Positions 11,817 through 23,380 of a stretch of DNA of 41,409 nt are shown here, in pieces; the stretch's first letter is position 1, and each line of letters starts with the position of its first letter. Both the position numbers and the translations under genes were made by a program. Below the pieces are notes generated by a model. It saw only the letters and a program-made list of their open reading frames with translations. It was not told where the DNA came from and did no database searches. This DNA comes from Octopus bimaculoides (lineage: Eukaryota): the NCBI RefSeq assembly GCF_001194135.2, contig NC_068991.1, positions 14,384,911 to 14,426,319 on the forward strand, given 5' to 3'.

Positions 11817-12231
11817 CTAAAATATAAAAATACACACACACACAGAGTCAGACATACACATGCATACATACATAAATACATATGTACATACATGCAATAC
11901 ATACATCACCTTATTTTCTCTTGATGTGTCTGTCTATGCCCGACCGACCTTCTCTCTCTCTCCCCGCCTCACTCTTCCTTTCCCTTTCTCTTTCTCTCTA
12001 ATTATTGACATATCTTCCCTCTCTTCCACTAAGTCAGACACACAAACAACTACAATAACAATGCCAACATCTCTCACTGTTATCACAGCAGCAATCATAA
12101 CATTGCTTATCACTATTTAACTTTCATCTTTAATGGAAACATCAAACCAAAAGTAAAATAAATTATCCAAATTATAAACCTGAGTTGAATGGCACCATCC
12201 CACTAACTCCCAGCCCTTCACCATCACTCAC

Positions 12232-12345
12232 AGCATGTGTCTGTAGGCCCAAAAACGACTCCTAGGAGAGGGTACCTGCTTTTGGCAATAAGGTTAATTT
12301 GTAATCCATGGAGTTTCATCAGATTTCGCCCTCCACAGAAGCTGG
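12232..12345 (-). CDS. Weak candidate internal exon (114 nt; alternative 44-nt form 12232-12275)
   Basis: tgtttcag acceptor and gct|gtgagt donor. One frame is open: SFCGGRNLMKLHGLQINLIAKSRYPLLGVVFGPTDTC. Confidence 0.25.
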
Positions 12346-12414
12346 CTGAAACATTTCACTATTTTTGTTTTGTCCATAGTCTGGTCTTTTTTTATATACC
12401 TTTTTATTCCCATA

Positions 12415-12585
12415 GGCACAGGAGTGGCTGTGTGGTAAGTAGCTTGCTTACCAACCACATGGTTCCCGGTTCATTCCCACTGCATGGCACCTTGGGCGAG
12501 TGTCTTCTACTATAGCCTCAGACCGACCAAAGCCTTGTGAGTGGATTTGGTAGACAGAAACTGAAAGAAGCCCATCGTATATATG

Positions 12586-12632
<47 letters not shown>
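12415..12632 (+). mobile_element. SINE family A head followed by (TA)n, tail missing
   Basis: ggagtggctgtgtggtaagtagcttgcttacc...gaaagaagcccatcg(ta)n. Confidence 0.9.
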
Positions 12633-12634
<2 letters not shown>

Positions 12635-12689
12635 GACATATATGCCTCTCATCCCCATTTCTCAAATTTGCCGACCATGTGCCTGATAC

Positions 12690-13050
12690 CTGGAATGTCA
12701 TCAGGTACTCACTGCCCTCTATCAACAATCAAGCAATGTAGTTCCATGGAAGCCCCACTTTAGTATTATAGAGAGAACTAGAGGTGGACAAGAGCAATGA
12801 TGTTCTTGGGGAAACTCTAGGCATTAATGAGAATGAACTAGCAGCTCTGTTTTGGAGGGCTTTCAGGCCATAAACAATAGCGACTAGACCAAGAAACCCA
12901 GTGTTGTTGGAATAGCTACGGTATCAACTTTAGAATAAATGTACCAAGGTCTTCACCAGAAAGACTTTGGTACAGAACATGAGTAGTGAATGGACCACAA
13001 GCACCATCAGTAACAAGGAGTACAATGGATAATTTCCCCAAACCCTTGGA
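12690..13050 (+). pseudogene. Decayed L1/Tx1-type ORF2 C-terminal fragment
   Basis: Reads ...KSNDVLGETLGINENELAALFWRAFRP* with stops; resembles my recollection of Tx1-like ORF2, unverified. Confidence 0.45.
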
Positions 13051-13227
13051 CTAGCAATTCTACAGGGGGGCATAAATGGCTTGAGATGAATTGCTGTATT
13101 AAGTGCTAATCAAATGCTGTTGGTTTATATAAGTGACTATTCTCTTCTCTCAGATTTTCTGACCTTGTGACTAAGGTAGAAAGTATTGTTAGTATTGTTT
13201 TTGTTGTTGTTTCCTACAGTACTTTTA

Positions 13228-13268
<41 letters not shown>

Positions 13269-13470
13269 AATGTCTACAGTTTCATATGTATTAATTTTTG
13301 TTTTGTTTATTGGAATAATTTTCTTTTTAGTCCATCTAACTAAAACCTAATAATAGGTATTGATTCTTATATTAGGTCACTGGAATAGTAGAAAGTGTAT
13401 TCTGACACTCACACTAAATAACCTATATTCTCTAGCTTTACTATGCATGAGCTTAGATATTAAGCACACA

Positions 13471-13864
13471 NNNNNNNNNNNNNNNNNNNNNNNNNNNNNN
13501 NNNNNNNNNNNNNNNNNNNNNNNNNNNNNNNNNNNNNNNNNNNNNNNNNNNNNNNNNNNNNNNNNNNNNNNNNNNNNNNNNNNNNNNNNNNNNNNNNNNN
13601 NNNNNNNNNNNNNNNNNNNNNNNNNNNNNNNNNNNNNNNNNNNNNNNNNNNNNNNNNNNNNNNNNNNNNNNNNNNNNNNNNNNNNNNNNNNNNNNNNNNN
13701 NNNNNNNNNNNNNNNNNNNNNNNNNNNNNNNNNNNNNNNNNNNNNNNNNNNNNNNNNNNNNNNNNNNNNNNNNNNNNNNNNNNNNNNNNNNNNNNNNNNN
13801 NNNNNNNNNNNNNNNNNNNNNNNNNNNNNNNNNNNNNNNNNNNNNNNNNNNNNNNNNNNNNNNN
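13471..13864. other. Assembly gap
   Basis: N run. Confidence 1.
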
Positions 13865-13956
13865 ATATATATGAACACATATATATATATATTCATATAT
13901 ACATATAAATGCATACACCCACATATACATACATAATTATATTTATGTGCATATAT

Positions 13957-13957
<1 letters not shown>

Positions 13958-14006
<49 letters not shown>
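13958..14006. repeat. (TG)n microsatellite
   Basis: Directly visible. Confidence 0.97.
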
Positions 14007-14007
<1 letters not shown>

Positions 14008-14194
14008 AGCAAACGAATGTTACAATCATACGTTTAATTAATATGCTTGACCAACTTTATATCACTATGTAAATAGTTTTAAGGTCTATCCAGACAATGT
14101 TTATGTTATTTCTCAGTTACGATAAGTTACTTTTTCTCAGCAGCCAGGTGTAAGTGAGTTTTACTTCTAAGATAAGAACAAGGCCACACATCTT

Positions 14195-14640
14195 CAAGAA
14201 GAGAGATACCCAAGTTAAATTGACCCTAGTAATTTTTATTACTTTATTTTATTGTATCAACCCATATGGGATTTGAACTCAGAATGTACAACGCTGAAAA
14301 AAATATATACTGCAAAGCATTTTAACCAATGATCTAATGATTCTACTGAGCGATTGCCCTTGTTTGTAAATAAGACCAGAGAATTAAAGAGTGAGATTAC
14401 TTAAATCGATTCTGTGCTTTTCTAGTACATATTTTTACCAGCTCCGAAAAGGATGCATAGAAAGTTGGCTGCAGGAGGATTTGAACTCAGAATGTAAAGA
14501 ACCACCATATATATATCATAAATTGTTTTGTTTGACTAACAATTTTCTCAGCCATAACCTTAAACTGCTACTCTATTTAGTAAAGCTGAAAGAATGAAAG
14601 TTAAAAGTTAACTCTGGCTGTATTTGAACACAGAATATAA
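14195..14640 (-). mobile_element. Two to three decayed SINE family D fragments in tandem
   Basis: Repeated ...gatttgaactcagaatgta... at about 14270 and 14480, and tatttgaacacagaatata at about 14620. Confidence 0.6.
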
Positions 14641-16300
14641 CATGGATGATTCAGACCTCTTGATATTAGAAATTATCCAATTGGGGCCAGTTATGGACCC
14701 CCACAGATCCAGGATCATCCTGACTGCCAAAGGCGCAAGCCTTCTCCATTCAACAGACACTTCCTTGGAGTAGTTTCATTCACATTAACTGTTTTTGCTC
14801 AGTCGATCACCTTTTAATAAATTTGCATGGAAAAGTAGTTTCCTCTCAACCCTCAATTTCCTTGTTGAGGGGAATTTGAAGAAGTTGATGAGGGCTAAAT
14901 CAAAAAGGAAGATGTCTGCAATCATCTCAACCTCATCCACCACACAATCTCTTACATCAAAGCTACTAAACAGAGGAATACAACCTAACTTGCCTTATTA
15001 AAGCAGGTGGTGGAATGATCTTCATGCTGAACATGACTGATAACTGGATTTGCTTCACATGTGACAACCGTTGTTAAATGTAACTCAACAGGTCAGCAAT
15101 GCTGAGACACTGCATAAGTGTGAGCAGTATAGTTTTGTGCCTTTGCTCACATCTCAGACCCGCCTTGGCCAAGCTGATCAGGGCCAGATTAAGATCCATA
15201 GAGGCCCTAAGCACTTAGAAGGTTTTGGTGCCCTCAAGTATATCTAAATGATTCAAAATGTAAACAAAAGTAATTCAAAATGTAAACGATAATAAACCAT
15301 AAAATAAATTTTCATTTTTCAAAATGAAACAAAATTCACAGTAAGATGGAAAATAATGTATATTTTCGTATGATTCCACTTTATTTATATTTGAAAAGTT
15401 TTCTCCTCTGCATTTTTTTTTTTTTTTTTTTTTTTTTTCAATTGCAAAGTGTTCAATGATATCGTTAAAATTAATTTTACGTAAAACTTCTGCTTCTGTA
15501 CTTAGTAGAGATAAGGCATTACGAATATTATTTTAACAAGTTTAAAGTGATTTCTTTTGTGCCGTAAACCATTTTCATTTCTGTAGTGCCCTTGTCCCTT
15601 GATGCCCTAAGCATGTGTTTATTTTGCTTAATGGGTTAATCCAGTGCTGCTGACAGTACTGCTGTGCCTGTAGAGTTTACCCCAAACTGACAATGTCTAG
15701 TATGACATGGCCAAGTATTATCCATGGGCTTCATACTGAAGTCCTCCAGAACAGACCAAACAGTTGATTTTCATTGACACCCTGAGATTTCAGAACATTT
15801 TGTCTGCCACTAGTCCATGATAAAATGCTAATGTGGAATTTCCACCAACTGCATATCCCAATTAGTGCTTAATGACATTCCTGATGAACTGGGGAAAAAA
15901 TGTGTCTGAGAAACAGCAGACACTCGTTCCCTGTGAAGGTAATGCTGAATATGTCATAACCCCAGCACATGTCTTCACATCTACAGCAAGTCCTCTCAGG
16001 TACTGACAGCATATGAACCATGTATTCCTTCCACAGAAGGCTTAAGAACAGATGTTCCAGTCTAATCAGACATAAACAAGGGCAGAGCACGATGGTCAAA
16101 TAATAACAGAGGATAGAGATAATGTGGTGTTCAACATATTTGCATGGCTCTTAAGAGATAGTTACTCTCTGCCTATTTCCGGGTGAGACAGGTGACTCTA
16201 CTAGTCTCTTCATCCCCAGTACTTGCCCACCAAAAGATCTGGATCCAATAAAAATCAAGCACAATTTAACCATCCCTCTCTCCAGTGTCTCAAGAATCTG
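14640..16300 (-). pseudogene. L1/Tx1-clade LINE ORF2 fossil split by a MITE
   Basis: Minus-strand remnants LDPDLLVGKYW, LSLKSHANMLN, YLTIVLCPC and RLEHLFLSLLWK resemble Tx1-type post-RT motifs (GPDL..W, LSLKGR, LER..F.FLW). Many stops and frameshifts. Confidence 0.65.
15179..15649. mobile_element. hAT-like MITE
   Basis: Imperfect 14-bp TIRs cagggccagattaa / ttaatccagtgctg (10/14), AT-rich interior, subterminal gccctaagca at both ends. No clean 8-bp TSD. Confidence 0.6.
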
Positions 16301-16399
16301 TAGGATAACATAGATTTGCCACTCTTCAACCTTTTAGAAAAGTAAAACAAGACACAAACTTACAGCACTTCTAAAACACTTTTAGCTATGACTCGACAA

Positions 16400-16930
16400 C
16401 AAAAATGATAATAAGTTTGTTTACTGTTGGTTTACAGCGTTTATATCAGAAGGAATTTTAGCATCTGTTACAAAACATTTTTTTCTTTTTCTTTTTATGA
16501 CATGTATAATTATATCTTGTCTGTTGTATTTTGTTGTTCTGTCTGACTGGATGTCAAAATCTTATAGAATTTTTTGGTTACTAAGTTTGCTTAGAGCCTC
16601 TTCTGGTACATAATTATACCACTTGTCTAAAGAGATGTATCCATATCTTTTTACAAAGTGACCTGCATAAATTGAGATAAATTTTTATCATGATTATACT
16701 GGTATATTTCGGAATATGTTAAGGGGTTGCCCAGCAACAAATGCGGAAGTTGTAATAGTAAACATCAGAATATTAGGGTCAATTCTCAAGTACATTACTC
16801 CACCTAACATGGTTGGACAGTAAGACAGATAAGTGAATGCTCCGAAAAATCTACCCACCTTAGAAAAAACCACATTCTAAGAAAGGTACTTTCTGTCTAG
16901 GGGCTTCTCTAAAAACTGGACTGTTAGCAT
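16400..16930 (-). pseudogene. RLE-type non-LTR retrotransposon fossil (R4/Dong/NeSL-like)
   Basis: Minus strand reads RYGYISLDKWYNYVPEEALSKLSNQKIL*DFDIQSDRTTKYNRQDIII and CFVTDAKIPSDIN, the KILWDF.IQTD...RPD...D..IP signature of restriction-like endonucleases. Confidence 0.75.
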
Positions 16931-16972
16931 GGACACAAAGCAGCCACAGAAACCAGTATTATATATGCGTAC

Positions 16973-17225
16973 TCATCATCGTCATTCAATGTCCACTTTT
17001 TGCTCTCGCATGGGTCAGCTAGAATTTGTTGAGGCAGATTTTCTACAACTGGACGCCTTTCCTGTTGCCAACTCTCACCCATTTCCAAGCAATGTAATAT
17101 TTCCCTATTGTGAGATGTGTGTTTATAGAAGACCAGAAAGGAACAGCCTCACTTGTATGATGATAATTTTTATTTATAACCATCACATGATTCTTAGACA
17201 AGGGTACAAACATATAAATTCATGA
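16973..17225 (-). mobile_element. SINE family H
   Basis: Matches 8365-8620. Confidence 0.7.
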
Positions 17226-17237
17226 GCATATGTATAA

Positions 17238-17688
17238 CATCATCATCATCATCATTTAACGTCCATCTTCCATGCTGGTATGGGTTGGACGGTTTGACAG
17301 GAGCTGGCCAAATAGAAGACTACACCAGGCTACTGTGTCTGTTTGGCATGGTTTTTATACCTGGATACCTTCCTAACACCAACCACCTTGTAGAACAGGT
17401 AAGGTCAGTTCTGGTATGGCTTTTATGGCTGGATGCCCTTCCAAATGCTAACCATTTGGAAGGATGCTTTTCATGTAGCACTGGATGCTTTTCATGTAGC
17501 ACCAGCACCAGCAGGGTCACCAAGTACTCATACACACACACACACAATGGGCTTCTTTCAGTTTCAGTCAAGGGTTTGGTTAGCCCAGGGGAATAGCAGA
17601 AGACACTTACCCTAGGTGTCACACAGTAGGACTAGACCCAAGACCACACGTTCGGGAAGCAAGCTTCTCAACCACATAAACATGCCTG
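17238..17688 (-). mobile_element. Composite SINE: family A head + (TG)n + family E tail
   Basis: Same architecture as 7872-8360 on the opposite strand. Confidence 0.75.
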
Positions 17689-18199
17689 TGGTTATTTGTG
17701 CAATGAAATAATAGAAGGGGCAGCAGGAGCAGCAGCAGCAGCAACAGTAGGGGTGGTGGTGATATGAGGTGATATGAATAATAGCAGTGGAATTTCGAGA
17801 AAATAGAAAAAAAAAATGTTTCTAAGAATGTTTTATAAAAGATACATTAATCATAATATTTTGCTATTGTACCTGAAGCAAAAAGGAATACAGAATTAAA
17901 AAAATAAACTGCTTATTGTCATCTTTGTATTGTGTGCGTGTATGTGCAGGTGCATTTATGTGTGTGTGCTTGTATGTGTGTATCTGTGAATGTGTATGAA
18001 TAAGGCTTTAGGTTGTGGTAGGAGTGGTGGCGGAGGCAATATTTTATTTTATTATATTGTATTTATTCATCGTTGTCCCTTATTTGCGGATTTTCTAAAC
18101 ACTCCTAATAATAACCCCCGGTATTATGTTATGCTCTGCTTTATCAGTTTGAATGAATTTTCTCTCTCACTTTGTCCTTGCTTTTGTGAGTATGCGTAA

Positions 18200-18668
18200 C
18201 ACACACACACACAAACACACACATTTAAAAATATGTGTATATATACATAAGCATATAAGTATACATTTATGCATATACAATGTACATATGTGTATGCATT
18301 ATTATCATCATCATCATTGTTTAATGTCCATGATGATGATGACGACAACACATACACACATGTACATATATATACTTGTATATATGTATGTGTGCATGCA
18401 TATATTGTATACACACACATTTTATATATATATATATATAATTATACATACAAACACGTTATGTGTATACGCATACATTATATGTATTCAAAAATATATA
18501 TTTACACACACACATTAATGCACATCATATGTGTTGATACATACATTATTGATATGCATTATATATATACACACACATAATCATTGTGTATGTATATATA
18601 TATGCACACTTACATGTATATGTATGTGTGTATTCATATATGTACATATATACATATATATACATATC

Positions 18669-18748
<80 letters not shown>

Positions 18749-19151
18749 NNNNNNNNNNNNNNNNNNNNNNNNNNNNNNNNNNNNNNNNNNNNNNNNNNNN
18801 NNNNNNNNNNNNNNNNNNNNNNNNNNNNNNNNNNNNNNNNNNNNNNNNNNNNNNNNNNNNNNNNNNNNNNNNNNNNNNNNNNNNNNNNNNNNNNNNNNNN
18901 NNNNNNNNNNNNNNNNNNNNNNNNNNNNNNNNNNNNNNNNNNNNNNNNNNNNNNNNNNNNNNNNNNNNNNNNNNNNNNNNNNNNNNNNNNNNNNNNNNNN
19001 NNNNNNNNNNNNNNNNNNNNNNNNNNNNNNNNNNNNNNNNNNNNNNNNNNNNNNNNNNNNNNNNNNNNNNNNNNNNNNNNNNNNNNNNNNNNNNNNNNNN
19101 NNNNNNNNNNNNNNNNNNNNNNNNNNNNNNNNNNNNNNNNNNNNNNNNNNN

Positions 19152-19226
<75 letters not shown>

Positions 19227-19282
19227 TATATACATATACATATATATGCATATACATATATACACATATACATATATATATG

Positions 19283-19316
<34 letters not shown>

Positions 19317-19500
19317 CATACACATATATATATAGATATACATATATATATACACATGTATGTATACACACATATATATATATATACATATATATATACA
19401 CGTATATACATATATATATACATATATAGACATATATATATATATTTATATATATTCATATATTTATATACCCATATATATAATGTGCGTATATGTGTGT
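18200..19500. repeat. Large (TA)/(CA) microsatellite block containing a gap (18749-19151)
   Basis: Directly visible; source of the poly-YI ORFs. Confidence 0.97.
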
Positions 19501-19819
19501 CTTTAGAGGGATGTGTGTGTGTAAAGTGTGAGTGTATGGACGTAGCAAACTTTTACAAAATAATACAATGAAATAACCGCAGGGAATGGAGAATCCAATG
19601 TTTTGGATAGAGATGTCTTCGGGGCTAAGATAATTGGAGGGAAAATGGATAAGTCAGCAGCATTTTACATCATCAACGCCTAAGCAATTGGGTGCAACTG
19701 ATGGGGAACGGAAGACATTGTGTGCTTGCATATATTGACAAGAAATAAAAGAGAGGAAGAAGGGAACAGAAATGAAAAGTGATAGAGAAGTGGGTGAAGG
19801 TCAGGTAAGGAAAATTTAA

Positions 19820-20190
19820 GCCGAGCACCTTCTTGCCCAGGCCATTTTCTCCACCTCATCCGAACTTAGCAAAATATCATTACCATTCGTAGCTGCCTTA
19901 TCATTACACACAAAAGACACTAACAATGTCCTAAACTTCTATAACTCATTCTCTTCTCCGCTTGGTCATTCCCAAACTCCTTTTCAACATGACCATTAAA
20001 TCACTATACCCCGTCATGCCCCCACGGTAATGGCTTATCAACCCTAAAAAATTTCCCTCGACTATTGCCTTTACCTGTGCCAAGCAGTATCATACTGCTG
20101 CGTTAAGATGAATTCATTTGAACCCTGTCACGTCATATTCCTGCTATAACTGGAATAAGTTAAACTTCATCTCCGCTGGATTCCTGGTAA
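19820..20190 (+). pseudogene. Penelope-like element reverse transcriptase fossil
   Basis: Frameshifted translation LPFVAALSLHTKDTNNVL...LLFNMTIKSLYPVMP-HGNGLSTLKNF...PSSIILLR*DEFI*TL matches the PLE RT pattern YVKDT...LLFTMDVKSLYT.IPH..GL.AL...TLLRLAELVLTLN. Confidence 0.7.
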
Positions 20191-20954
20191 AGCGGTAATG
20201 AACATCACACAGAAAAAGAAGATGCAGTGGATTCTGTACGTTAGTTTGCCTGCAATTGTAACCATTGAGTCGTTTATGCAATTATTTACTTATTTATTTT
20301 TGCTCAAGAGGCCAGGGTGTGTGTGTGTGGGGGGGGATAAAGTTAGACAGAGGGGCCCAGGTCTGAGAGGGGTAGATCTTATTTGCTTTTGCTTTTCTGG
20401 AGAGTTTTGTAAACAAGTCAAAATAGTTGATGCAAACCTGGGTACCTCCATGTTCCTACCCTCTTTCCATACACTTGGTTTCCACTCTCCCTCACTGTGC
20501 ATCCATCCAACTTTCCACTGTTACACACACACACAGACCCTCATCTGCAACATTCAATTCTCACACTCCAACGCCATAATTGCTCCAATTTTTTCTGCAC
20601 ATTTTTTCTTGACTTAAAAAATGTTGTGAACCTCGGTACTCACCTATATATATATATGAATATATGTACGTATGTGCGTGTGCGTGTGTGGTGTGTATAG
20701 GATCATGTGATGAAATTAAAATAAGTGCTTTATTGTAGCGCTACTTAAATTCCCCAAAACACGTAAAAAGAAAATTAAATTTTCATTCATTTCTCGAGGT
20801 GTCAACGTTTTTTTGTCATCCTACTTTGCCCTAGTGACTGACACAGTTCCACAACGAAATTGAATTTAAATGTTTTAATGCTAAAACGTTTGTTCTATGA
20901 TGTACCTTGCTCTGTGCGCGTGCGCACGCACACACAAACACATGTATATATAAT

Positions 20955-21277
20955 GTATGTGGCTTAGTGGTTAGGACATTTGGCTCACAATCGGAAGGTC
21001 TTGAGTTCAGTTCCCGGTGACGCGTTGTATGCTTGAGCAAGACACTTTATTTCACATTGCTGCAGTCCACTCAGCTGGCAAAAATGAGTAGTAGCAGTAT
21101 CTTAAAAAAAGGGCCAGCCTTGTCACACTCTGTGTCATGCTGAAGTTCCCAGTGTACTACATTAAGGGTACGTGTGTCTGTGGAGTGCCCAGCCACTTGC
21201 ACGTTAATTTCATGAGCTAATTGTTCCATTGATCGGATCAACTGTAACCCTCGTCGTCGTAACCGACGGAGGGCCAG
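20955..21277 (+). mobile_element. SINE family F (tRNA head + CORE-like domain + tail shared with B)
   Basis: gcttgagcaagacactttatttcac...cagctggcaaaaatgagtag resembles the CORE domain; tail aaagggccagccttgtcacac... as in family B. Confidence 0.85.
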
Positions 21278-22599
21278 TTAATTAAAAGAACTACAGCCGT
21301 CACAAACAATCGAGGAGGACTTAGTAGCATGCACTTTCACTCACGATGGAGTATAATGTAGCAAACTATTGCTAAATGTAGTCATGGATAGACGCAAATA
21401 TCTCCACAGCCCTCTTACCTTTGACCTAGCAGTATATCCAGGATGGGATAGCTGGTAGGAGAGTGGGCTACGCCAGCACCAGGCTGTTACTTTGATCGTC
21501 AGTCCTGGAAGGACGGTATGAAACGTCGATGACGGTGAGATGTGTATTGAGTGCAGAGATGTACACAAACAGACACACGTACACACACACACAAACGTTT
21601 ATATAATTCCTACAGCAATTGATGTGCTGAATGTGTTTTTATGTACATTTGTTTATGCGCATATATTTTGTAATATCTAAGTGTGCGTGCGTGAACAATT
21701 GCTGTTAGAGTAAGAAACTACCTGAAGCTGATTTAAAACTATAAATAACTGATTGTTATTGCAGTTGTAGTTGTTAATACTGTTTTGGCTGCCAATACAT
21801 ATATTTTCCTATTTTATTTACTGCTTCACAATTTCAATAATTCAAGTTTGGTTATTTTAGAACATTTTGAAATATTTATTGCACAATTCATATTTTATTT
21901 ATTCTGAGGGTATTTTTTTTCTTCCTTCATATCACCATTATTATTATCATCATCATCATCATTGTTATTATTATTAAAATATTTCACTAAACACCGCTTA
22001 GAGGATATTTTCTTCCAGGATTACTTAAAAGAAAATAAGTTTTTTTTTCTTGTTTCTTTTTTATTCCTTTGCCAACAAAGGAGGTCTTGATATTTAAGCA
22101 TTCCACCCTATTACCCTAGAGTGGAGAAGAAAGTTCGTATAAACATTGTTTTCAACCGTGTATATATATTTTGGCATGGTAGCCATTTATATTATTTACA
22201 CATGATGTGAAATTAACTTAAATGCTGTAGTAAGAGTAGGTGCTGGCCACGATTATGGTAGCGATGAATATGCCCATTAAAAATGTTTGAAAGCATAAAG
22301 ACAATTTATTCTATGTACCGGCAAAAAATTACAATTAAACAAGCAGACAATTATAAAACAAAATTAGTTACAATTTGAGGAGCACAAAGGAAAAGAATCT
22401 AATGGAAATTTAAATGGCAATAATAAAAATACCACCACCAACAATAACAATAATTAATCTTTTGCTAGCATTGCGAGTCAAAGGAAGACATTTGACAAGA
22501 GAATGGCAACAGGCATAACGGGTTTGTGAGAAGTATCTTACAAATGGCACTTATCCCTTGCCCGAAGAGTGTTATGTATTAGTTTCTCAAAAACACACA

Positions 22600-23380
22600 C
22601 GCACACACAAAAGAAGGATTCATATGTCCGCCATTGAGAAGATTCATCGATGTGAGGCAGGTTGTACACTTACTTGGTGCAGTGTGTCCAGGAAGAGACG
22701 TAAAGGAGACAGAGATCAGTGAAGAGGCGGTGATGGAGGGCGAAAAAGAGGAGGAAGAGGAAAAGCAGGTGGGAGGAAGAGATTGAGGAGCGCGAGGAAA
22801 ATGTAGAAGAAACAGCAGCAGATAGAAAGCATATGCGGAGTGAATCGCCGCCAAAGAACTAAAAAAAAAAAGAAAGAAAAAATAAGACAGAGGAAGAAAG
22901 GGAAACCGTAAAAGAAGTAGTTGAGAGTCGAAACCAAGAACCAGAGCATGCAAATGTAAAAGAATCAGAAAGAAAGGCGAAACGGGAAGAGTGGCAGAGA
23001 AGAGTTCAAGAGAAGCCGTATGAAGCGTTGGCATCTGGAAGACCAAAAAAAGAAAAATTGTAGAACATTGATTTATCATAAAAAGGATATAGAGATGGAG
23101 AAGAGGATTGCAAAAATAAAGGGATTAATAAGAAATTAATTGGATCCTGAAATGTTTGATGAACAAGTGAAAGCGGTATCGGTGGAAGCGGAGGTAATGA
23201 AGAGACTGAAACAAATATATCCGCAGGATATTACAGTGAGTGGGTTGTATGTGGGATACGACACTCTGCCAAACGTATTGACGACAGAAGAGCTGTTGCC
23301 ACATATAACTATTGGATAATAAAAAGATCATAAACCGTATAAGAGAACAGTTAAATGAAACTGCGAGTTTTTGGGGGACT
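22600..23380 (+). pseudogene. Decayed ORF1/gag-like fragment of a LINE (uncertain)
   Basis: Frameshifted zinc-knuckle-like RC.QVVHLLGAVCP followed by a Glu/Lys-rich purine stretch with stops. Confidence 0.3.

Noticed and set aside
16700-16878. Membrane-protein-like frame NVVFSKVGRFFGAFTYLSYCPTML... after a good acceptor
   Set aside because: It lies within the RLE LINE fossil, and another frame gives the expected H...HDK remnant.
18124-19571. Long ORFs of 250-350 aa (poly-YI/HT/CV), and similar ORFs at 1515-2042, 13360-13930 and 36887-37277
   Set aside because: They are translations of dinucleotide repeats and N gaps, not coding sequence.
21490-21540. gtcc-tggaa-ggac hairpin followed by gaaacgtc, hammerhead-like
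   Set aside because: No CUGANGA-like core upstream and stem II is not adjacent to GAAA.
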